A DNA stretch of 64,000 nt from Octopus vulgaris (Eukaryota). Numbering within the stretch: position 1 is the first letter of the stretch; every line of letters starts with the position of its first letter. The notes below the pieces were generated by a model. It saw only the letters and a list, made by a program, of their open reading frames with translations, ran no database searches and had not been told where the DNA came from. Below are positions 1 to 12,665 of this stretch, piece after piece. Both the position numbers and the translations under genes were made by a program. The stretch spans positions 21,576,001 to 21,640,000 of the forward strand of contig OX597841.1 of the NCBI GenBank assembly GCA_951406725.2. The letters are read 5' to 3'.

Positions 1-800
<800 letters not shown>

Positions 801-1685
801 ACGGAAAGCTTTATGAAAATAGACAAAAGACGAAGGCAGGTGGAATACAAACAAACAATTGTATTAGTATGGCGCTCAGGAAATATAAATAAAACAAGTC
901 TTTAACGTTTCGAGCCTACGCTCTTCAACAGAAAGATACACAGAGAGAAAAAAAACACAGAAAGAAGGAGAGAAAAAAATGCGTGCAGTAGCTAACGAAT
1001 CAACATGGCGATCTGATTCCGGCCAGAGGTCAAAGATCAAACATGAGACGCGAGAGCGAAATAAGGGGAGATAATAGGGTTGATAATAGGGTTGAATGAC
1101 CAGCTATTAGTGCGTAGGAGAGGTCTGGACGTGTGTATGTATAGGGTTGGTGTATGTATTAGTATATATTAGTATGTATAAGGGTGTGTGTGTGTGTGTA
1201 TGAGAGAGTATTAGTGCATATGATAGGTCTGGACGTGCGTATGTATGGGGTTGGTGTATGTATTAGTATGTATTAGTACGTATTAGTATGTATAAGTGTG
1301 TGTGTGTATGAGAGAGTATAAGTGCGTATGAGGGTCGGGACGTGTGTATGTATAGGGTTGGTGTATGTATTAGTATGTATTAGTTGGTGTATGTATTAGT
1401 ATGGCACATCATATATGATGTGATGTGTAAAGTCGTGTGGTGTAGTGTGGAGAGAGGAGAAGAGGGGGAGGAGAGGAGGGGGAGAAGGAAGGGGAGGAGG
1501 AGGAAAGAGGGAGAGGGGGAGAGAGAAGGGGAGTGAGGGAGCAGAGGGAGGGAGAAAGAGGGAAGAAGGGAAGGGGAGTAGGGGTGAAAGGATGAAGGAC
1601 TGAAGAAGTAGGGGTCGGGGGGAAGGATAGGTGAGGAGGGGGGGAGAGTTGAGACCAAATGGCGTATAAGAGCGAAGAGAGACAT
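801..1685 (-). mobile_element. 5'-truncated Penelope-like element (PLE) 3' end: GIY-YIG C-terminus, UTR and pLTR with hammerhead
   Basis: Minus strand reads ...[14 protein letters not shown], matching the L-x-[ST]-x-x-P-x-GLN ending typical of PLE endonucleases. It is followed by a pyrimidine-rich UTR with ~100-bp repeats (1120-1400) and an HHR at 899-936. Both ends abut TA tracts. Confidence 0.65.
899..936 (-). ncRNA. Minimal type-I hammerhead ribozyme motif (A6->U core variant)
   Basis: tcttt-CTGTTGA-a-gagc(gtag)gctc-GAAA-cg-TT-aaaga. Stem I tcttt/aaaga, stem II gagc/gctc, palindromic ACGU stem III. Confidence 0.7.
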
Positions 1686-1825
1686 ATATATATATATACA
1701 TACATACATACATATATACATACATACATACATATATACATACATACATATATACATACATACATATATACACATACATACATATATACATACATACATA
1801 TATATACATACATACATATATATAC

Positions 1826-1878
<53 letters not shown>

Positions 1879-2470
1879 CATATACATACATACATACATA
1901 CATATATATACATACATACATATATATACATACATACATATATATATATACATACATATATATATATATATACATACATATATATATATACATACATATA
2001 TATATATACATACATATATATATACATACATACATATATATATACATACATACATATATATATACATACATACATATATATATACATACATACATACATA
2101 CATATATATACATACATACATATATATACATACATACCTATATATATACATATATATATATACATACATACCTATATATATACATATATATATAGACATA
2201 CATTCGTATATATACACAGATGAATTAGTTTGAATCATGTCAATTGTGCAGATTAGCCTGGTATCCTCCAGCCTGTATATTTGTGTGTTTACATGTATGT
2301 ATTTATAAATTTAATGGATGTATATATTTAACCTCTAACTTACTGATTAATGACATTATATTTTTTTTCTCTTCTTCAGATATTTGAAATCCTGAAATTA
2401 TCCAAGAATTTCGGAAATGGTGCCAACTTTATAAATATACACAGACTGATATATATATTTATACATTTAA

Positions 2471-2512
<42 letters not shown>

Positions 2513-2760
2513 GTACATATATATGTATGTATATATGTTTATTTATATATGTATATATATGTATGTATACTTGTATATGTATGTATATATGTATATATGT
2601 ATACATATATGTATATATATATGTACATATATACATATGTATATATATATGTACATATATATGTACATATATATGTATATATATATATGTACATATATAC
2701 ATATATATATATGTACATATATATATGTACATATATATATATGTATATATATATATGTAC

Positions 2761-2830
<70 letters not shown>

Positions 2831-3240
2831 GTATATATATATGTGTATATATACACATTTCTATAGACATTTATATTTATATATATATCTTGACATTTAT
2901 ATATTTATACATAGACACACACATATATCCAGACACAAAAAGATATATATATATAAATACATACGTTTGAACATACATGCAACTACATCTACACGTGTAC
3001 ATACACTCACATGTGCTTATATACGCAAACTCACACACACATATATATACATATATATATATATATTTTATATAATTATATATGTATATAGACATTCATA
3101 TATAGATATATTTATACATACATATTTATACATACATACACAAACGTATATACACACACACATATATACACACCCACCCAAAAAGATATATATAAATGCA
3201 TGTATTTGAACATACATGTAACTACATATACAAACATATG

Positions 3241-3282
<42 letters not shown>

Positions 3283-3384
3283 TATATATTAATATATGTA
3301 TGTATATATATACATATGTATTAATATATATATATACATCTATATATATATATATATTATATATATATATATATTATATATCTA

Positions 3385-3430
<46 letters not shown>

Positions 3431-3486
3431 ATATATACATATCTAAATATACATATATATGTATAAATTTATATATGCGTGTATAG

Positions 3487-3525
<39 letters not shown>

Positions 3526-4460
3526 CATACGCACACACAAACATACATACATGCATATATATATACATACATACATACATACACAAACACACACACACAC
3601 ACACATATATATACATAGAAACACGTGTCTCTCCATGGAGATATATCCATGTACAAAAGCGTATGCATTTGCATGCACACATTTATATAGAAAATGCTCA
3701 CGTATACACAAACCTATACACACAAACGTACACATGTAGACTCATAGACTCACAAAAATTACCAACAATTCATCTTCAGTTGACAAGTGGATTTGTGAAA
3801 AGATTTCGTGGACAACCACCTCTACCACTCCTACTGCCACTACTACTATTACTATAACTATCACCACCACTCTCCCACTACTACTACTTCAGCTACTACT
3901 ACCCCCACCACTCGTCGTCCAATGTGCCTTGGCCACCAAGGGTCGCAACGTATTTTTGCATTTGCAGGACACAGGGGCCTGTCGTGTGTGTAAAGTGTCA
4001 CCCTGTGTCAGAAATGATGACCCCCCCGCCCTTTTTTTTTTTCTTTTTGATTTTCAACCTGGTGGGCTTGAGCAATGTGAAATAAAGGGCCTTGCTCAAA
4101 GAGACAATATACCATCCGAGCATTGGAATTGAACTCTCGACATTAACGACGCAGGGACCAACAGCCTAACCACAAGACAATGCACCTTCACACTCTCTCT
4201 AATATATTACCAAAACTACCACTGCTACTACAACATATACTGTTGCTTCTACTGAGGCCGTTGCTACAGTAGGGGCAGAAGAAGGAGGGAAGTGTTAGCC
4301 AGGATTAAGACCTGTTCATGTGGGCCCTTATGTGCACATCCGTGACCCTTCACATACGTTCACATAAACAGCATGCAGTGAACCTTTTCACATAGATATA
4401 CAAAATTAGTGACTTGGGCAGTAATATGGACAGTAACATCTCTTAGACACCTTTGTACAG

Positions 4461-5270
4461 TGTGTCTGCCTGTCAATGTCCGAGTGTCCATTTCACTGTG
4501 TGTTTGTCTGCTTGTCAATGTCCGAGTGTCCATTTCACTGCGTGTTTGTCTGCTTATCAATGTCCGAGTGTCCATTTCACTGTGTCTTCGTCTGCTTGTC
4601 AATGTCCGAGTGTCCATTTCACTGTGTGTTTGTCTGCTTGTCAATGTCCGAGTGTCCATTTCACTGTGTCTTTATCTGCTTGTCAATGTCCGAGTGTCCA
4701 TTTCACTGTGTCTTTATCTGCTTGTCAATGTCCGAGCGTCCATTTCACTGTGTCTTTGTCTGCTTGTCAATGTCCGAGTGTCCATTTCACTGTGTCTTTG
4801 TCTGCTTGTCAATGTCCGAGCGTCCATTTCACTGTGTGTTTGTCTGCTTGTCAATGTCTGAGTGTCCATTTAACTGTGTGTTTGTTTGCTTGTCAATGTC
4901 CGAGTGTCCATTTCACTGTGTGTTTGTCTGCTTGTCAGTGTCCGAGTGTCCATTTCACTGTGTGTTTGTCTGCTTGTCAATGTCCGAGTGTCCATTTCAC
5001 TGTGTGTTTGTCTGCTTGTCAATGTCCGAGTGTCCATTTCACTGTGTGCCTGGACACTTGACAGGCAGACGGAAACATTGTGAAATTGGCACTTGGGCTT
5101 TGACAAGTGGAAAACCTCACTGGGAAATTTACACTTGAATATTGACAAACAGATAAACACACTGTGAAATGGACACTCAGTCATTGACAAGCAGACAGTC
5201 ACACTAGGAAATTGACAGTGAGACATTGACAAGCGGACAGACACCCTGAGAAATTGACATTCAGACATGG
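4461..5270. repeat. 42-bp minisatellite: ~14 homogeneous units followed by ~5 degenerate inverted units
   Basis: Unit tgtcaatgtccgagtgtccatttcactgtgtgtttgtctgct to ~5048, then diverged reverse-complement units (e.g. acactgtgaaatggacactcagtcattgacaagcagac). Confidence 0.9.
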
Positions 5271-5811
5271 TTACACATTAGCAGAGACAGTTAAGACTGC
5301 AAAACATGGGCTCAAAAGCTTTGATGAAAACAAAGGTGAAAATGAACAGGTATGCACACAAATATATGCAGATAATTTTTATATACACCCAGACCAATTG
5401 AAGGAGAGGCAAGAGAGAGAAAGGGGAATTCTCAAGTGTTGTCTGATATGGGTGGGGACTGGGGTGGTGGCAGTGGGCATGGGTAAGAGGAGGTAAGTGG
5501 TGGCAGCAGTGTTCGTGGTGGTGGAGGGAGGATAAAAACAAAAATGTTCTGTCTTACTGACAACAGCCTTTATTATTAGTATTACTACCTTTAAAATCTA
5601 TTATTATTGTTATTGTTGTTGTTGTTGTTGTTGTTATACTCAATGTGTGGTGTAGGGTGTGAGCTTGATTGGCAAAAAGAACAAGACAAGAGGAGTGTAC
5701 AAATTGCAGAAGAAAGAAAATCTAATTTGTAATTAAAGAGTGAAAAAAAAAATCTATATATTTATAGGCACAGGTGTGGCTGTGTGGTAAGGAGCTTGCA
5801 TACCACACAGG

Positions 5812-6220
5812 TGACGAGCTGGCAAGAACGTTAGCACGCCGGTCGAAAAGCTTAGCGGTATTTCGTCTGCTGTTACGTTCTGAGTTCAAATTCCGCCGAG
5901 GTCGACTTTGCTTTTCATCCTTTCGGGGTCGATTAAATAAGTACCAGTTATGCACTGGGGTCGATGTAATCAACTTAATCCGTTTGTCTGTCCTTGTTTG
6001 TCCCCTCTGTGTTTTGCCCCTTGTGGGTAGTAAAGAAATAGGTATTTCGTCTGCCGCTACGTTCTGAGTTCAAATTCCGCCGAGGTCGAATTTGCCTTTC
6101 ATCCTTTCGGGGTCGATTAAATAAGTACCAGTTATGCACTGGAGTCGATATAATCGACTTAATCCGTTTGTCTGCCCCTCTGTGTTTTGCCCCATGTGGG
6201 TAGTAAAGAAATAGGTATTT
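5812..6220 (+). mobile_element. SINE family D with tandem partial duplicate
   Basis: tRNA-like head (gagctggcaagaacgttagc...gagttcaaattcc) and body gactttgcctttcatcctttcggggtcgattaaataagtaccag, repeated twice. Minus-strand copies at ~28193-28375, ~51085-51180 and ~62806-62905. Confidence 0.8.
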
Positions 6221-6593
6221 TGTCTACATGGCCACCACCAATGACGACACATTTCTCCCATCGCTTTATGCAGCCATGAAAACCTGGTCTGCAGAAGTTG
6301 GTAGGTTGCGTCTGGAGCCAAGATTTTACCTCAGAAATAGGTTTGTCATCACCCGAAAAGTGGTCCCGCTTCAAAAAGGACTTCATGGTTGGAAATAGGG
6401 GTAAGTCAGGAGGATGAGGAAGGATTTCATAGCTGCAAGAGGGTGCTTTCATCCGGGCAACATGTCACATTGTGAACTGGGGGGGGGGGGTCTTGAAGGA
6501 GGCAGACTCCTTTGGTCAGCATCCCATGATTCCCAGTGTGGGGCCTGGTAATATTTTGGTGAGGCATGTATACACAATGTTTAGTATACCATT

Positions 6594-6905
6594 AAAAGAA
6601 AGGGGTCAATTTGGAAACGAGTTACTAAAAAAAGTTCTTATGTAAACAATTTTATCAAATTTTGGACACTTTAGAGACATCAGGTCATTTTTATCTATTC
6701 ATAAATTTGACACTTTAGAGACATCAGATCTTATGAGTAGATCTGCCGAAAATGGCATGACCTGATGTCTCTAAAGTGTCAAATTTATGAATCGATAAAA
6801 ATGACCTGATGTCTTTAAGGTGTCCAAAATTTGATAAAATTGTTCACATAAGGGGTGTAAAGAACTTCTTTTAGTAACTTGTTCCCAAATTGACCCCTTT
6901 CTTTA
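6594..6905. mobile_element. ~310-bp fold-back palindrome (MITE or PLE-derived)
   Basis: Arms aaagaaaggggtcaatttgg.../...ccaaattgacccctttcttt. Each arm carries two gacactttagagacatcag repeats. TA tract at the right end. Confidence 0.85.
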
Positions 6906-6920
6906 TATATTCATAAGATT

Positions 6921-7288
6921 ATGGTAAGTAGCTTGTTTACCAACCACATGGTTCCGGGTTCAGTCCCACTGCGTGGCAGCTTGGGCAAGTGTCTTCTACT
7001 ATAGCCTCGGGCCGACCAATGCCTTCTGAGTGGGTTTGGTAGACGGAAACTGAAAGAAGCCCGTCGTATATATATATATATGTGTGTATTTGTCCTCCTA
7101 GCATTGCTTGACAACCAATGCTGGTGTGTTTATGTCCCCGTCACTAGCGGTTCGGTAAAAAGAGACCGATAGAATAAGTACTGGGCTTACAAAAGAATAA
7201 GTCCCGGGGGTCGATTTGCTTGACTATAAAGGCGGTGCTCCAGCATGGCCGCAGTCAAATGACTGAAACAAGTAAAAGAGTAAAGAGT
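6921..7288 (+). mobile_element. SINE family A (dominant tRNA-derived SINE)
   Basis: B box ggttcagtccc (A box tggctgtgtggt in full-length copies), internal TA/TG tract, tail ggcggtgctccagcatggccgcagtcaaatgactgaaacaagtaaaagag. Well over a dozen full or partial copies in the window. Confidence 0.9.
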
Positions 7289-9221
7289 ATGTGAAGATAT
7301 GTAGGTAGAAACGCCTGTGTTTCCTACACATTTTTTTATGTCCGTTGCCCTATTTTTTTTTTATTTGTTTCCGGGTAATATTGTAAACACTTACCAAATT
7401 TTGAATAACAAAAAATTAAATATCATAAAGGGACATCAGGATTTTAGAAATGATTCAATGGGGCATGGCCAAAAATCGGTTGGGAAACTACTGATGCCAC
7501 GCTGCTCTGCTCTGATGGAGCTCCATAATTTCTGCAGCAGAGAAGTATAATATGCCCCATTAATTGTGGAGCCCTTTGCCAGAAAATCTATCATCACTAC
7601 TTCACACTGGTCCCAAAAGACTGTGAGCATCACCTTGTCTGCTGAGGGTTGGATATGACCCTTCTTTGGTGGCGATGAGTTATGCTTCCATTGCTTTGAT
7701 GGCATCCTGCAATTTCTGCAGCAGAGAAGCATGATGTGCCCCATTAATTGTGGAGCCCTTTGCCAGAAAATCCATCATCACTAATCTGTGCTAGTCCAAA
7801 AAGATTGAGCATCACCTTGCCTGGTCAGGGCTGGACACGACCCTTCTTTGGAGGTGATGAGTTATCATACTTCCATTGTTTTGACTGGACTTTAGTCTCA
7901 GGACCATTGTGATGGACCCATGCTTCATCCTGTGGGATAAGTCTGCCAAAAAAAACCTCCTCATTTTCTTGACACATTGCCAAAAGGGCCTTAGAACAAT
8001 TGACCCATTCCTGCTTTTGAAAAGATGTGAGCATCTGGGGAATCCATTGTGCTGATAACATGTACAAATGGTTGTAAATGAGTTTTTTTCCCACAGATCC
8101 TAAGCTTATCTTCACTTTTTGGGTTAGTTGCCATAAAGTTCTGTGGTGATCCTCCAAAACGGCAGCTTCCACTTTATGGATGGCATCATCATCAATGGCA
8201 GAATGTGGATGTCCAACAGTTTCCACCAATGTCCAGCCCCATTTGAACAGGTGATGCCAGTGCTTGACTATGTTGTATGATGGTGCATCGTCACCATAAG
8301 TGCTTCTTTCATCTCATCATTTGGTGTACGACCTTCCAAGTATAAGAACCTGATCCCTGATCTGCATTCAACTGCCTCCATTATAACAGCTTAGTCCACT
8401 TCAGCAGCCGCAAAAGACAAACGAATCCGAGTGGAAAGCTGCAATTTACAATGTGACATGGAGAGACAGGTATGACTATACCTGTACAAGTTCCGTTTCC
8501 TGCAATAATTGGAAATCTTAAACGAACACTATGGAATAAAATTACTTAAACGAAATGCCAACTAATAAAGTGTATATATAAAAAAAAAAAAGGAATTAGC
8601 AAGAACTTAGGAAGAATTGAACTTGCTTTCTGCAGATTGATATCTCCATGTCTTTACCCACACAACCATCAAGATATAAATGCTAAAAAGGGTTTAAAAA
8701 TAAGATAAAATTTATCCCAGCAAAAAAAAGATCATTCATGAAAATAGCTTTAACTATCTCATTTTTTTAGCTACTTTCTGGGGCCCTGCCAGGTGGGTAA
8801 GTGGATGAGGATATCTGGCGTGGGATGAAGGTTCAACATGCAGCTAAGTGAGCAAGCTGGAGATCTTGGGCCCTGGTATGAGAGTAAGGAAGTATACTTT
8901 TTTTTTTCCTAATTTTTCTTAAAACTTCCAGAAAATAAAATTCCATTTCAGCAAGAATTTCTAACACACGCCCTGGAAAGAACTGAACTCTACCCCAGGG
9001 TATTCAAAGTTGATATCTCTCTGGTCTTTAACCATAAGACCATCAAGACACCTACAAAATAAAACTGTTAAAACTGAAATACTTAAACACCATTTTTTCT
9101 TTCTCTCACTCCCCAATCCTGTCCCCACTGCCCTGTTGTGACCCCTCCCAGGTTTCACCAGTCACTGCATTTCCACCCCTACACTCTTTGCCTCGGCTTC
9201 CTACTCATGCACCTTAGGCAA

Positions 9222-9722
9222 TACTCCGAGTACAGGATTCAGGCCTCTTCTCCTTATCTCCTCAAAGACATACATCATCTCGAAAGAGTCCAGAAGCTGG
9301 CTACCCACATGGTTCTTGGTCTCAAGCATTTGTCTTATGAAGAAAGGCTGAAGACGCTCGACCTTTATTCTCTAGAAAAACGACGACGCCGTGGTGATCT
9401 CATTCTTGCTCAAAACATCATAAGCGGAAAGTGTAACCTCTCGAAAGAGCTGTTCTTCACTCCTGCTCCAGAGCGTCGGCTGCGGGGTCACTCCGAAAAG
9501 CTCGATCTGCGACGATTTCATCTCAATCAAAGGAGAGGGGCTTTCTCTGTCCGGGTTGCGGGTCCGTGGAATAAGCTGCTGGACAAGATAATGAAGATGC
9601 CGACGATCGCTCAGTTCAAAGTCTCTCTTGACCAGAAATGGCCTGAACTCTTTGCATGAACACCTTCCTTGTACATAACTCCATGTCCCTGCTTTTTGAG
9701 CCAAAAAATTAACTTAACTTAA
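9222..9722 (+). mobile_element. CR1-clade LINE 3' end
   Basis: ORF SPYLLKDIHHLERVQKLAT...LSYEERLKTLDLYSLEKRRRRGDLI...RLRGHSEKL...FSVRVAGPWNKL, then a (ttaac)n tail. Minus-strand copies at ~60275-60680 and ~61877-61987. Confidence 0.92.
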
Positions 9723-10559
9723 CCCGTTTCTATTCTGACCTCCCCATACCTTGACAGTAGCACTTTGCCACCATCTCTCTCTCTGACCAGGTAACTATGT
9801 ATCTCCGCTACAGCAACACACCTGTTTCTGTCTCTAACTTTTCGTCACCTGGCACAAGATGACTTCCTCCAAAGTCCCCTCCTCCCCCTCAAAAGATCTT
9901 TGTCTTGCAAGTTACCTGGTAATTCCACAAATAATGGTGTCACATAAAAAGCATCCGGTCCTCACTGTAAAGTGGTCGGCATTTGGAAAGGTATCCAGCT
10001 GTAAAAACCATGCCAAAACTGACCTCGCTTGTACTGGTGCCATATAAAAAGCACTCAGTCCATTCTGCAAGGTGTTAGGAAGGGCATCCAGGTTCTTTTA
10101 CAGGGGCCAAACAGTATCAAGACCAGCCAAAATGTCATACTTTCCATGTATGTGTAAATGTTGGCAGTGGTTCAAAACAATGGGATGGCTGATTCAGAAG
10201 AGCATTGAATAGGTTGCTTTGTCATATTTGGTCCAACTCTGGTCGACATGTTCTTTCATTCTTTCAGGGGCCAACATATCTTTCGTGTTTTCTGGGATCA
10301 AAGAAAAAGACTGGAATGTCAGAAGTGTAAGATTGTCAAACTGTATTGTGACAATTGTTTTAAATCTCTGGTCCCTGAGTTCAAAGCCTGTTGAGGGTAA
10401 AGTCCCAATATGAGGCAGTGGAGTGTCAGAAATGTAAGAATATATATATATGTATATACACACACACACACACATATATATATATACACATATATATACA
10501 TATATATATATATACACATATATATATGTGTGTATATATATAGACATATAACATATATG

Positions 10560-11610
10560 GGTTAACCTAGCAAAAATCAAAGTCTTAGTAAGTAGGAAGG
10601 CTGATACATCACAAACCCCTTCAGGTAGATGGCCCTGCTTGATGTGTAGAAAAGGCGTGGGTAGAAACGCCATACTATGTACCCAGTGTAAGATATGGAC
10701 ACATAAAAGGTGCAGCAATATCAAAGGAAGGTTAACCAGGAAGATAGTTTTTGTGTAGATGTGCAGGGGCAATAAACACTGAAGGTGTACAGAAAACAGA
10801 TTCCATCACATGCCAGGGGAAAAAACTAGTAGTTAATAGCTTCCACTATCTTGGCAACCAAGTCTGTAGCAGGGATGGTTGCTCTGAGAGTGTAGTGGCT
10901 AGAATAAGAATAGCTTGGGCAAAGTTCAGAGAGCTCCTACCTCTGCAGGGTCACTCCAAAAAGCTCTATCTGCGACGATTTCATCTCAATCGAAGGAGAG
11001 GGGCTTTCTCCGTCCGGGTTGTGGATCCGTGGAATAAGCTGCCGGATGAGATAGTGAAGATGCCGACGACTGCTCGGTTCAAAGTCTCTCTTGACCAGAA
11101 ATGGCCTGAACTCTTTGCATGAACACCACCCTGTACATAACTCCATGTCCCCCTACATGGCCTTGCTTTTGCTTTTTGAGCCAAAAAATTAACTTAACTA
11201 TATATACACACACACACATAGAGCGTCGGCTGCAGGGTCACTAGGAAAAGCTCTATCTGCGACGATTTCATCTCAATCGAAGGAGATGGGCTTTCTCCGT
11301 CCGAGTTGCAGATCCGTGGAATAAGATGCCGACGACCGCTTGGTTCAAAGTCTCTCTTGACCAGAAATGGCCTAAACTCTTTGCATGAACACCCTCCCTG
11401 TACATAACTCCCTGTCCCCCTACATGGCCTTGCTTTTTGCTTTTTGAGCCAAAAAATTAACTTAACTTAACCTCTGCTGGCCTCTTGCTCAGGATGAAAG
11501 GTACAGTGTATGATGCGTGGCAAACTGCCATGCTATGTGGCAGTAAAACATGGGCCATGACTGCTGAGGATATGCGGAGGCTTGAAAGAAATGAATTTAG
11601 TATGATCCGT
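10560..11610 (+). mobile_element. RTE-clade LINE fragment interrupted by a double CR1 3'-end insertion (~10943-11471)
   Basis: Translates WPCLMCRKGVGRNAILCTQCKIWTHKRCS and ESVVARIRIAWAKFRELLPL, and resumes after 11477. TSD acctctgc at 10939-10946 and 11470-11477. Confidence 0.85.
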
Positions 11611-11619
11611 TGGATATAT

Positions 11620-11815
11620 ATACAAGAAGATGCCTGATAGTTCCTGGCTCTGGGTAAAAGAAAATACAGGAGGATCTGTGAATTATGATTTCATTCAACA
11701 TATTCCCCTCTCAGATACACACACCGATTACAGTGGTCCTTCAGTTTTTCTAATCCCTGTAAAAGAACTCGGAAGATTGGCCCTTAAAGCCAGGAACTTT
11801 TTCAGCACCCACCCC
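11620..11815. mobile_element. Mariner-derived MITE
   Basis: Begins tacaagaagatgcctgatagttcctggct and ends agccaggaactttttcagcaccc (imperfect TIRs). Related TIR fragment at ~26256-26295. Confidence 0.6.
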
Positions 11816-11856
11816 TTTAGTGTGCATCTCTTTGTCTTGATATTGCATGATTACAC

Positions 11857-12420
11857 TTTACTCTTTTACTTGTTTCAGTCATTTGACTGCGGCCATGCTG
11901 GAGCACTGCCTTTAATCGAGCAACTCGACCCCGGAACTTATTCTTTTCTAAGCCCAGTACTTATTCTATCGGTCTCTTTTTGCTGAACCGCTAAGTAACA
12001 GGGACATAAACACACCAGCATCAGTTGTCAAGCAATGCTAGGGGGACAAACACAGACACATGCATATATATATATACATATATACGACAGGCTTCTTTCA
12101 GTTTCCATCTACCAAATCCACTCACAAGGGTTTGGTCGAGGCTATAGTAGAAGACACTTGCCCAAGGTGCCACGCAGTGGGACTGAACCCGGAACCATGT
12201 GGTTGGTAAACAAGCTACTTACCACACAGCCACTCCTACACCTATGATATATATACGACGGGCTTCTTTCAGTTTCCGTCTACCAAATCCACTCACAAGG
12301 CTTTGGTCAGCCCGAGGCTATAGTAGAAGACACTTGCCCAAGGTGCCACGCAGTGGGACTGAATCCGGGACCATGTGGTTGGTAAACAAGCTACTCACCA
12401 CACAGCCACTCCTACACCTT
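11857..12420 (-). mobile_element. SINE family A plus tandem 5'-half duplicate
   Basis: Full copy 11857-12243, then a second head/body 12250-12420. Confidence 0.9.
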
Positions 12421-12665
12421 TGTTGTAATTAGATGCCAGTTGTTTCCAGTATTGTGCGAAAACATGTCTAACGATGAGAAAATATTACCTTGCTAGGAAA
12501 GAGGTTAGCGTTGTCAATGAGAAGGCATTTAGCCTTAGAAAATCTGCTTTCGTAAACTCCGGCCGATGCAAGCCTGGAAAAGTGGACAATAAAACAATTA
12601 CATATATTAACACATTCATATATTCAAGAAAAGATACCCAAATACATACAAGACAGATTATTTAA

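Larger units (their letters stand above)
6222..8520 (-). mobile_element. Decayed mariner (Mos1/SETMAR-like) transposase, fragmented by later insertions
   Basis: Peptides DEAWVHHNGPETKVQSKQWK, PSADKVMLTVFWDQCEVVMIDFLAKGSTINGAYY and HPPDLPLFPTMKSFLK...IKRWEKCV. Internal duplication 7530-7880; interrupted at ~6594-7490. Confidence 0.85.

Noticed and set aside
1380-3860. Long YIYI/MYVC ORFs
   Set aside because: Translations of TA/TACA microsatellites, open in several frames, with no coding signal.
4409-5138. Cys/His-periodic ORFs resembling zinc fingers, or a CRISPR-like array
   Set aside because: A 42-bp tandem repeat open in all frames, with no spacers and no C2H2 spacing.
5254-5355. Possible + strand exon ending CAG|gtatgc
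   Set aside because: No clear acceptor, upstream frames contain stops, and the peptide is not recognisable.
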